Part shown: positions 26,501 to 38,500 of the stretch, in pieces
Layout: every line of letters begins with the position of its first letter
Numbering within the stretch: the first letter of the stretch is position 1
NCBI GenBank assembly: GCA_951406725.2
Contig: OX597816.1
Coordinates: 135,160,001 to 135,224,000 of the forward strand
From: Octopus vulgaris
Lineage: Eukaryota
Direction of reading: 5' to 3'
Length of the DNA: 64,000 bases
The notes under the pieces: generated by a model
Seen by the model: the letters and a program-made list of their open reading frames with translations, nothing else
The model's database searches: none
What the model was told of the DNA's origin: nothing
Program-made: the position numbers and the translations under genes

Positions 26501-29500
26501 CAGTCACCTCGATGTCTAAGTTTGGTAGGATGGGTAGGGCAAAATGGCTATGGGCACTGCTCTTTTCTTGTCGGGTCAAATAAGGTGTAGGGGCATGCAC
26601 CATTCAAGTGCATTGCTGCATTCACCATTTGTCAGTATATTCCTGGGTCCCCTCAGGCAACTCGTCAAGCAGAGTCACAGTCAGTCCCCACCTCTGTGAG
26701 ATACTGCCTCATCTGCCATGTGGTTGACCAATACGAGCCATCATCCCAGCGAGATCCTCAGTGAAAAGAACATGGTAAGCAGGGTTTGACTAGGAAAATT
26801 GAGCAACATGGCAAAACAGTCTGAGCTGGCACTCCTGAATCATAAAAGTAACAGGACACATTGCAGTTTCTGAGTAGTCATTGGTTGGATATGAAATCCA
26901 ACCAATGGCAACCCATAATCCTGTAAAGAATCCTGATACCAAAGAAGCTTAGGCGGTTCCTAGAGGTCTTGGACATGCAAAAGAATAGACCTGTCTCCTC
27001 TATGTGTCATAAAAGGCAACTAAAAGAAGTTGAGGTAAAATCTGCACTTCAACTTTGTAAAACCCTCACCAGCAACAAACTCCTATACAAACCTCCAAAA
27101 TTCTCTTCCCCCGGGGAAGTACACCAACTACCTATAAGGCATGTTGTGTGAAACGACTGGGACAAAGCCATCAGGACTCCCATCCACCAAATGGGGAAAG
27201 CCCGGAGGACAGGAAGGATTGGAGGGTTGTCACCTGAGTGGTGCAAAGGTGTCATTCACCAAGAGTAGGAAATCTCAGCTCAGTCTGATGAGGGCCATTT
27301 AGGTGGGGACCAGAAATGTCCTTTCTCTGAAGGATGATTCCACATCTGCTCTTGATGTCTTTCTTATGGAAAACAGGAAAAAAAATGTTGATGTAACAAC
27401 CCATTTTACAGCACACTTTGGTTAAAAATATTTTATCAGTAGTAGAAAAAAATTGTATACAGACATTCTTAATTCTGCATCATTTAACATGTTGAACTTG
27501 CAAGCCCTCCTCTTCTATTCAAGTTCAGTTTAACCAATATATATATAAAGTGAATATAGATGATGTTACCTTTACTAAATCTGATGCAGATGCTGCTTTC
27601 TCTAATGATTTCGTGACTCCTTCAATATTTTTGGCCACCTAAAATAAAAATAAAATCAATAAGACTCAAACAAGAAAACATAGATAAATTATTTACATTA
27701 GACATATACATGTCTATAGAAGTACTTCAATAATACTATTTTAAGTACTTTAAGACTTCTCCAGCAGTATTTGGAACAAGCTAACACAAATTTCCTCTCA
27801 GAGACTTCATTAATTAATGAAGCTATTAACTGGCTCTAAAGTTTTAGTTTCTTGCGTATTATCATCATGTATGAACTAGAAATAGCAGAGGTGATAATTG
27901 TTTTATATTGATATAAGAGAAGGGAAATATATTTGCACAATATTTGATGAACAATTTAAGGTGAAAAGAATGACTAAAACCAGAAATCAAAGATGAGTCA
28001 ATGACTTGGTTATCCAGGAACACACTTCCTTTCTTTATATTGTTCATCACCATCAATAACTTGATTATTAATTAACCATAAAATTGTTTAACTAGTACAA
28101 TTAGTTTTGATTAGGAATCTTAGGCAATGATAGAGAAAAGTCTTATTGCTTATTATTAAATATTTATTGGAATTATTTTAAGGATATGAACTTTTCGAGC
28201 AAAAGTTTCATATGAAAATAGTACTGAAATGAATCAACAAAAAATTAAAGTTACAGGAATAAATGTTGAAAACTTCAGAAAGTTATATGAAATAGAAATT
28301 TGCTAAATGTGTACAAAAATATTGAATGAGAATTCTTAGAGAACAATGAAAAAGTTCATACTTGTTTCATCGTGACAGCTGTCTGCACTTTACTTGATAC
28401 TGCATCTACACGAGCAGCCATACGCAAGTAGTTCAATTGTTCATTTTTTTTCCTAATAGCATTCTCTGCATAGACTTTAGCAACTTCAATATTTTTTTGC
28501 TGTATTGCCTGCAAAAAGAAAAAGATTAGAAAATAAGAAATAGATAAATATGATATAATATGAAAGGAGATACAGATTTTGATATCTCACTTTCTTACTG
28601 ATTCACACAATCAACGTACATACTAGCTTTACGATGTCCCTTTTTACCAATATTGGCAACTGGAGATGTTAACTTAAAAAGGGCTTAGCAATAGCAATTT
28701 TCTGTCTTGAGAATCTCTTTATGCTTAATTTTGTAGCAGTTGATGATAACTTTATTGTACAACATAATTCACTATGAAATTAGTGTAAAACAAACTCATC
28801 CTGATGTCTCAACATCTCAGCAATGTGACAGTTTTTACAATCAACTACTACTACACACTACTACTACTGCACACTAATACACCTTCGGACTGCCTAGTTT
28901 TAGCTCACTAGATGTCATCAAAAACAATGAAAAACTACTGTCCATCTATGCTCATGCATTGTACTTTAATATCAAATTACTACACAATCAAACATTCATA
29001 CACTTAGATTTCTTTTTACAATCAGTCAACTAAAGACATTACCTTTTTTACGCGATTTTGCTGCGCATGTTGTTCTTTCTCTGCTTTTCGTGCCAGTCGC
29101 TCAAGTTGTTTTGTAGTGAACTATAAAAGAAAAATACTTATGAAATGCATATACACTTAGGATAATTTTCACTTAATCAAAAGTGGAATGAGAATGAAAA
29201 TGTTAACACTCTTCCATGCTGGCAAAGATTGGACAAATCATCACTGGTCAACTTATGATGATTGAAGCTCTTCCAATATAAAAAGAACCACACCATCAAA
29301 TTTGTGTGAGCAATCCACTGCAATGACTACTTTGTTTCATCATCATAGCCAAACACCCACATTTTATCACCCATTAGGACACTGTTTAGACAATTTTCAT
29401 TGGCATTTGAATGATCAAACAACTTCTAACAGATTTCGTTTTCAGTTTGTTCACGTCAGCTGACACTGCACAAAATTTTAAGGAATGTGATGCATCTTCA

Positions 29501-32500
29501 ATTTTTCACTTAAAATCACGAGGTATGAACTTTTACAGATTCCCACTTTTTCATGAACAGTCAGGTAATGACTTTCACAGCTCACAGCATGCAATTTTGC
29601 AATATGATCATTGTCTGTTGTCATGCAAAGTCACCCAAATTAGGGATTGTCTTCTGTGGACATCCTCTTCTAATCTAAAATGCTGGTACCACTTATGACA
29701 ATGTATAAAGCTCCTTATCATAACCTGTTGCAACACTGGGAAAAGAGCCCATGTATGGCACCTCTGGTTAGTATCTTCTCTTACAACCCCAGATCAAATA
29801 AAGTCTTGCAAATGAATTTGATAGACAATAAACTGAAAGAAGCCCTTTGTATAAGTATGATGTGTGTATGTATATACATATATATAGTATAGAATAGCCT
29901 GGGCAAAGTTCAGAGAGCTCTTACCTCTGCTGGTGACAAAGGGCCTCTTGCTCAAAGTAAAAGGGTTAGACTGTATGACGCTTGTGTACGAACAGCCATG
30001 CTACAAGGCAGTGAAACATGAGCCGTGACTGCTGAGGACATGCGTAACCTCGCAAGGAATGAAACCAGTATGCTCCGATGGATGTGTAATGTCAGTGTGC
30101 ATACATGACAGAGTGTAAGTACCTTGAGAGAAAAGTTGGACCAAAGAAGCATCAGATGTGGTGTGCAAGAGAGACGAATGCGCTGGTATGGTCATGTGGC
30201 GAGAATGGATGAGGATAACTGTGTGTAAAAGTGCAACACCCTAGCAGTTGAGGGAACCTGTGGAAGAGGTGGACCCAGGAAGACCTGGGATAAGGTGGTG
30301 AAGCATGACCTTCGAACATTAGGCCTCACCGAGGCAATGACTAGAGACCAAGACCTTTGGAAATATGCTGTGCTTGAGAAGACCCTGCAAGCCAAGTGAG
30401 ACCATAACCTCGTGGCCTATGCCAGGGGTGTAACCAGCCCACTTATGCGTACCTTTCCTTCATTGGACACTGAAGACCTGTTGAGGTAAGTGAAATTGAA
30501 ATCAAATTTGATGACTGGCATCTGTGCTAGTGGAGTGCTAAGAGCACCATCCGAGTGTGATTGTTGCCAGAGCAGCTAACTGGCTTCCATGCCGGTGAAA
30601 ATGCACCAATCGAGCGTGATCATTACCAGCAACGCCTTACTGGCACGTCAAAAAACATTCGAGCAAGGTCATTGCCAGTGCCACTGGACTGGCTCCTGTG
30701 CAGGTGGCACATAAAAAACACCATTTGAGTGTGGCCATTGCCAGTACCACCTGACTGGCCCTCGTGCTGGTGGCATGTAAAAGCACCCATTACACTCTTG
30801 GAGTGGTTGGCGTTAGGAAGGGCATCCAGCTGTAGAAACTCTGCCAGGTGTGTGAATGCTTGTACTTGTGTGTAGTGTTTGCATGCTTGTACTTGTGTGT
30901 GTGTTTGTGTCTCTCTGATGTCATGCAATAGTTATAAATGAGCGTCAATGTCCTACAAGTAGTATCCTTTGTTTCCTGACTTCCATGGAAATATGCCCAG
31001 CCATGGGAGAAATGTAACTTTGCTTAGAAACAGGTGAGGGTTGGCAACATGAAGGAAATCCAGCAGCAGAAAATCTGCTTCAATGAATTCCATCCAAGAT
31101 ATGCAAGCATGAGAAAATGGATCCTAAAATGACGATAATGATGAGCTTCTTTCAGTTTCTGTCTACTAAAATCTACAAGGCTTCGGTTGACTAAAGGCTT
31201 TAGCAAAAGACACTTGCCCCAGTGGGGGACTGAACCTTAAATCACATAATCAAGAAATCAAATTATTTAACCACACAGCCATATACATATACACAATAAT
31301 ACCTTGCACAGTGCTGATTCAATATAGAGCTCTCCTTCTTGGAGACAGTATATTCAGTGGGATACCATTGTATTGTGTTCTTGAACAAAACACTTCATCT
31401 CACACTGTTCTGTGATCACTTCAACACCTGGTGTGTGGTACACTGTACACCTGTTCAAACAATGTTGATTTGAAGGTGAGAGTGAGTTAATGTGTGGCAC
31501 AGACATTTGATTACTATAAACAAATCATTTGTGCATGTCATTTGGCAAAAGCTGAACACTAATATGTCATCTTCAACAGGAGAGTCCATCATATAATATA
31601 TATATATATCTATATATATGCATATAAGAGCTTGTGTGGCTGTGTTTGCTTCCTAACCACATGGTTTCCGGTTTAGTTCCACTGCATAACATCTTAATCT
31701 TCCACTATAACTCAAGGCCAACCAAAGCATTGCGAGTGTACCTAAATAACATATTCTTATGCAGGGAATTGAACCCAGGCTGCCTGGGTTCACAGGCACA
31801 CATACCTTATTAAAGAGGTAGGTCTTAATTTATGGCATGTTGTAAGTGCTTCAATATTACAATAAATGAATACAGAGCCAATTGGTACAGAGGATGCATC
31901 AAATGGTGGATAAGTTTGTAAATGGGTGAAATCCAATAAAGGCAATATACTATATTTTCTTCCTATACACCTTATATATATATGCGCTAAATGAGGATGC
32001 AAAGAGAGAGGTTTGGAGAAGCCACTATGAAAGGTTGCTGAATGAGGAAAATGAATGGGATAAAGAGAGTCTGCCGAATGTTGACCCAACAGAGGGACCA
32101 GCAATCCGAGTTGACAGTTCCTTAGTAGATAAGGCAATTAAAAGCATGAAAACAGGGAAAGCCCCAGGCCCATCAGGAATTACTGCAGAGATGCTCAAAA
32201 TATCTGGTAGTGTCGGCTATAGCCTAGTCACCCGTATAGTTAACCAGGTGATACACGAAGGAGTCATTCCCAATGACTGGTGTAGCAGCATAATAGTCAG
32301 CTGCTACAAAGGTAAAGGTGACGCCCTAGATACAAATAACTACAGGGGTATCAAGCTGCTGGATCAGGTAATGAAGGTTACGGAGAGGGTTATAGCCCAA
32401 CTAATTAGAGAGAGAGTTAGCCTAGATCAGATGCAGTTTGGGTTCGTGCCAGGGAAAAGTACTACTGATGCTATTTTCATGGTAAGACAGCTGCAGGAGA

Positions 32501-35500
32501 AATACCTAGCCAAAGACAAGCCCCTATACCTGGCTTTTGTTGATATGGAGAAAGCCTTCGACAGGGTCCCCCGATCCCTCATCTGGTGGTCAATGAGGAA
32601 ACTAGGGATAGATGAATGGTTAGTGAAAGCTGTACAAGCCATGTACAGAGACGCTGCTAGTAAGGTGAGGGTTGGCACCGAGTACAGTGAAGAATTCAGG
32701 GTAGAGGTTGGGGTCCACCAAGGTTCAGTCCTCAGTCCCCTCCTATTTATCATAGTCCTCCAGGCAATAACGGAGGAATTCAAGACAGGATGCCCCTGGG
32801 AGCTCCTCTATGCTGATGACCTTGCTCTAATTGCTGAGTCTCTATCAGAACTAGAGGAGAAGTTTCAGGTATGGAAACAAGGTTTAGAATCGAAGGGCCT
32901 TAGAATCAACTTAGCCAAAACCAAAGTCCTAATAAGTAGGAAGGTAGACCAATCACAAACGCCTTCAGGTAGATGGCCCTGCTCAATCTGTAGAAAAGGT
33001 GTAGGTAGAAACTCTATAAGATGCACCAAGTGTAAGCTATGGACACATAAGAGGTGCAGCAATGTCAAAGGAAGGCTAACTAGGAAGATTGTTTTTGTAT
33101 GTGGCAGATGCTTAGGAACAATTAACACTGAAAATGCTCTGAGACCAACTTCCGTCACTTTCCAGGGAGAAAAGCTAGAAGTAGTTGATAGTTTCCGTTA
33201 CCTAGGTGACCAAGTCAGTAGCGGGGGCGGGTGCGCTGAAAGTATAACTGCTAGAGTAAGAATAGCCTGGGCAAAGTTTAGAGAGCTCTTACCCCTGCTG
33301 GTGACAAAAGGCCTCTCGCTCAAAGTAAAAGGCAGACTGTATGATGCATGTGTACGTACAGCCATGCTACATGGTAGTGAAACTTGGGCTGTGACTGCTG
33401 AGGATTTGAATAAGCTCGCAAGAAATGAAGCTAGTATGCTCCGATGGATGTGTAACGTCAGTGTTCATAATCGACAGAGTGTAAGTACCTTGAGAGAAAA
33501 GTTGAACCTAAGAAGCATCAGTTGTTGTGTGCAAGAGAGACGTATGCGCTGGTATGGTCATGTGATGAGATTGGCTGAAGATAGTCGTGTGCGAAAGTGC
33601 CACACCCTGGCAGTTGAGGGGACCTGTGGAAGAGGTAGACCCAGGAAAACCTGGGTCGAGGCGGTGAAGCACGACCTTCGAACTTTAGGTCTCACCAAGG
33701 AAATGACCAGTGACCGAGACCTTTGGAAGTATGCTGTGTGTGAGAAAACCCGGCAAGACCAGTGAGAACAGTCAAAATCAAAATCAAACCAAATTGAGGT
33801 CGATCAACATCAGGGCCCCCGTGCAGGTGACACATAAAAGCACCATCCATTCGTAGCCGTTTGCCAGCCGTCTGGCCCCCGTGTCGGTGGCACGTAAAAG
33901 CACCAGCCGTTTGTGTTCGTTGCCAGCCTGGCCTGGGCCCCGTGCCGGTAACACGTAAAAGCACCATCCGTTTGTGGTCGTTTGCCAGCTCTGTCTGGCC
34001 CCCGTGCCGGTGACACGTAAAAGCACCATCCGTTCGTGGCCGTTTGCCAGCTGTCTGGCCCCCGTGCCGGTGACACGTAAAAGCACCATCCGTTCGTGGC
34101 CGTTTGCCAGCCCTGTCTGGACCCCATGTCGGTGACACGTAAAAGCACCATCCGTTCGTGGCCGTTTGCCAGCCCTGTCTGGCCCCCGTGTCGGTGGCAT
34201 GTAAAAGCACCATCCGTTCGTGTCCGTTGCTAGCCTCGCCTGGCCCCCGTGCCGGTGACACGTAAAAGTACCATCCGTTTCATGGCCGTTTGCCAGCTCT
34301 GTCTGGCCCCCGTGTTGGTGGCACGTAAAAGCACCATCCGTTCGTGTCCGTTGCCAGCCTCGCCTGGCCCCGTGCCGGTGACACGTAAAAGCACCATCCG
34401 TTCGTGGCCGTTTGCCAGCTGTCTGGCACCTGTGCGGGTGGCACGTAAAAAGCACCCACTACACTCACGGAGTGGTTGGCGTTAGGAAGGGCATCCAGCC
34501 GTAGAAACACTGCCAGATCTGACTGGGCCTGATGAAGCCTTCCAGCTTCACAGACCCCAGTTGAACCGTCCAACCCATGCTAGCATGGAGAACGGACGCT
34601 AAATGATGATGATGATATATATATATAAAATCAGTTTGGATAATTATCTGAATTCAGTAATGCTTGATGATTTCCTATTCTTAGCAATTGAACATTTTCT
34701 CCATTACAATTTACATCATATAAAGTGAGGGGGAAGAGTGAGAGTTTTGTGTGTTAGCACTAAGTGTCAATACATGAAATTCTTGGCCCTTGAGTTACTC
34801 AGTTGGTCCTGCTAAAAATATGTATATATATATATACATACACACACACAGAAAAAGAAGGGATGTGTGTGTGTGTGAACTTCCATAACAAAATCAACAT
34901 GAAGAATAATTTTGTTTTCAGCTTTTTTGAATTTTTGAATATTGTTTCATTTGATATATTTTAAGGCAATAAATATATTTTTCTTTTGAAAATTTGCATT
35001 CATTTCATCATTTTGTATAAGTAGTACCAAGAAATGTGATAAAAATCAAATTATAATTATTGTATGTATACCAAATTTCCTGATATTACCCATGGTGGCA
35101 AAAGTAATTTTCCAAAGTTACTCGTCATATGACTGTAAAACTCTAGTGGCTTAATAAGTAGCAAATATGAATGTATGGATTTATGCCGTTGCTTTTTTTA
35201 ATATTTTGTTTGATGGACATTTTTACAATGTTAAGTGCCAGATTAATATAGGTAATATATAGGATAGATTTATATACTTTTTAAACATCAGATAAGGAAC
35301 AAAAGAAACTCAGCATTAGACAAAAGTTGCTTAATACTCACCCTTAACTGAAACAATGTCTCTGTAAAATAGAACATAGAATATTAGGATAATTAAGAGG
35401 AAAATCAGGTAGTAATATTATCAAGCAAGTAACATCTTATATCAATATATGATACTAATAGAAACTAATAACAATAATATTTATTCATTATCAATATTAT

Positions 35501-38500
35501 AACAAGGATATTAATTTGTAAAATAAAGTAGATTTCTTACAATATTCTGACATAATATATGTATAAGCAATATATTTTAAATACTAAGGGATGAATAATT
35601 TTCACTTCTGTTTTCAGTAATTAATCACAAAGCCTTGCATAGCTTCAAAGTTCAAGTAAGACATACACTCAAATACTGCAGCCACTATGCATCCAAAAGA
35701 CCATTCAACTATTCACCAGAGATATGATTACCGACACACAACAACAACTGTCTCAAAGTTCTACTACTACTACAATGACCTCTATTCATCTGAACCGGCA
35801 AACTGCATACCCTCATCCATCAGCTTTACTGCCTTCTCAGATATTGCATAAAAAACTTTGCCCAGTGTTTTCTATCTCAGAACTGTAACCTCTGACATCC
35901 ACCCTGTCCATGTTTTCTTCAAGATACAACAAACAGCAAATGCTGAAACTGAACATTAACCACATCAGTCTCAGTGATTTGCTCCTTCTTTTTCTCCTCT
36001 GACATTAGTCAGAAATAACAGAAGGAAGATACAATTCAATGGAGAACCAACATTTGAAATACTGGTGAGTGTAAGTTTGCCTGTCATGCAGAGAGGTTTT
36101 GTTTGGATGATTTCAAGTAAAAGGTGCATCAGCAAACACTTTACTAAATCTTACCCTTTACCCTTTGTAAAGGAAATCAGTCATTCAAGTCTGAAATGTA
36201 TATGGCTACATGAAGACTATTGAGTTCCTGTAAGCAATTATCATAGACTGCACTGGTAAATACAAGTAATGGATAAGGAGAATGACACCTACGTGAAGAA
36301 ATGTCAAGTAATTTAAATGTAAGGAGTTTATGGAAAACAAAGACTAAGAAAGATGAAGGAAGAAGTAGGGAAGGCTGATCACAGGATTCTGGACTTCACA
36401 AAGGTGATGAAAAGAGACTGCAAGAAGTGGCATAATGTTGTGCTAGAGCAGACTTATCCAATCTATGCCACTATAAAAAAACCCAGAAAATTATGACAAT
36501 GATATTAAAGCTAGCTTTTGTAGGAAGTAAAATAATTTAAATAGAAAATTGTTTGTTTAAAATGGGTATAATGTAATACCTTTGTTTCCATGAGTACTAT
36601 TGACATTTTACTCGTGTATTTTAGTACTGACTCATGAATTTCTATTTATAGTCTAAAACACAAAATATATGCTGAAAATTGGAAGTGACAATGCATAGGT
36701 CATTAATGTATAGAAGGATGGACTACAAAGAAACATCTAAGTCTTGAATTAGACATGGATTAAATGGAGAGGGACAGAAAGAACCTTAATACATGTTATA
36801 GTAAAGTGGTCTGTGAGGAACTTCTAGTACATATAGCTAGTGATAGAAAAACATACATTGCTGGGTATATCACAGTTTTTAGAACAAACATACAATATCC
36901 CTCCATGTCATAAGGGGTAACTAGTAAAGTGGATATCAGGAAGGGCACCCAACCATAAAACACTGTATCAAAAAGTCCCATTCCAACCCTTGTCAAGATG
37001 GAAAAGTGATGCATGAATTCTCTCTCTCATATATATATATATAAGTACATTATGTAGAATGTGCATCAAAGTCTGATACTGTATAATAGTGAGGGTCTGT
37101 ATAGCAACCACTGTAAAAAAACAAATTGAATAAACTCCATTTAAAGTATAACATAAAAGTTAAGTAAACTATCAATACCTGTAATGTTGAGTCAACATCA
37201 CAGGTATTGATACAGGAATGGAGCAAAAAATAAAAGACTGGTGTAGATATATAATGCAAATGAATGAATAATCTGTTTAAAATAATGAAAAATGACAGTA
37301 AAAAGCACATGAGATAGTGGTTGGCTAAGAAAAACTTGGAATCAAGAAGTTACACCAGGTTTTATAATTTTAGGTATCTAATGAGATTGTACAGGATTAA
37401 TTACACATTGAGAAGTACAACATTGTAGACTAATTTAAATTATGCAATGGGTTAACAGTAACATAATGATGATGATGATGAAAAACAAACTTATAAATAT
37501 TTTTTTAATTTAATGATAGCATTTGCATTAAAAAAATTGGACTATATCCCTAATGCTGAAATCGCCACCACCAAAATATAATCAGACCAAATCAATAAAA
37601 TATAACAAAAGAAACATGTAATCACATTTTTAATTTGTGATTAGGAACGACATTAATTCAGAAGCCATTTAAAATTACTAATCAAACAAATTATTTAGCT
37701 ACATACACATTCACACAAAAACAAAAAAAGTACAGAACAGACAACACCTGTAGGTGTTAAAATAACAATGAGCTAACTCTCTGTATAAGTAGTTACAATG
37801 TTACAGTATGGGTTACTTCATATTTTAACTGCTTGATCCACAGTGTGAACATCTGATGGATTTTTTATGAATTAGCAAGGAGAAGCGGAAGTAATCATAA
37901 CATTTACAACCTTTCTAGTTTATGAGGAACTAGTCATGTATAAAATTGAAATGGTCTTTTCTTGGATTCTCAACCAGGAACTGAAACCGCCTCCTGAATG
38001 TTTCTGTAAATTTGGTCTCCTTTGTTTTGAACCCGGAAATTTATGATAGTCAGCTGTCAGCTTCTTGACCATTTCACGTTCTTTAAAGCCTATTTAATAT
38101 TTATCAGCATGGTAATTATTCAGTTTAGGGATACTAAAAAAGTAAATAAAAACTAAGGGGCAGATAATTAGTAAAAAAGACAAGTCAACTTCAATACTAA
38201 AGTAAGGTAACATGGCGAATTAATATTTTTGAACGTATATAAATTGATAATTTGTCAACGCCATGCCAACCACTGAAGAATGTTGTCTTGTGATTCAGCT
38301 AATTGGATGATATTCCAAGATTCCTCCAAGACTGATTCACGGTTGAAAATTTCAATTTCAGGAACAATGAATTGCAGTCCCCCTGGTCTTCCAGGTGCCA
38401 TTCTGATCAATTCCAAAGTAAATAACATACAATACTAGCAGTATAACCCAGCTTTGCCCAAGATTAAGTTAGGATTATTAAGCTAATCAAGTTCTTTATT

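Larger units (their letters stand above)
31984..34616 (+). mobile_element. Young 5'-truncated RTE-clade LINE in CHMP1A intron 2 (antisense to the gene)
   Basis: Uninterrupted RT frame, a 3' repeat array and a (GAT)n tail; both flanks are (TA)n. Confidence 0.95.

Noticed and set aside
32427-33158. Antisense ORFs (118 and 97 aa)
   Set aside because: Shadows of the RT coding strand.
33812-34456. CRISPR-like repeat array
   Set aside because: The segments between the conserved cores are homologous to each other, not unique spacers. The array is a LINE 3' UTR in a eukaryotic intron, and there are no cas genes.
33692-34573. Long minus-strand ORFs (189, 223, 113 and 97 aa)
   Set aside because: By-products of the GC-rich tandem repeat; repetitive peptides with no domain.
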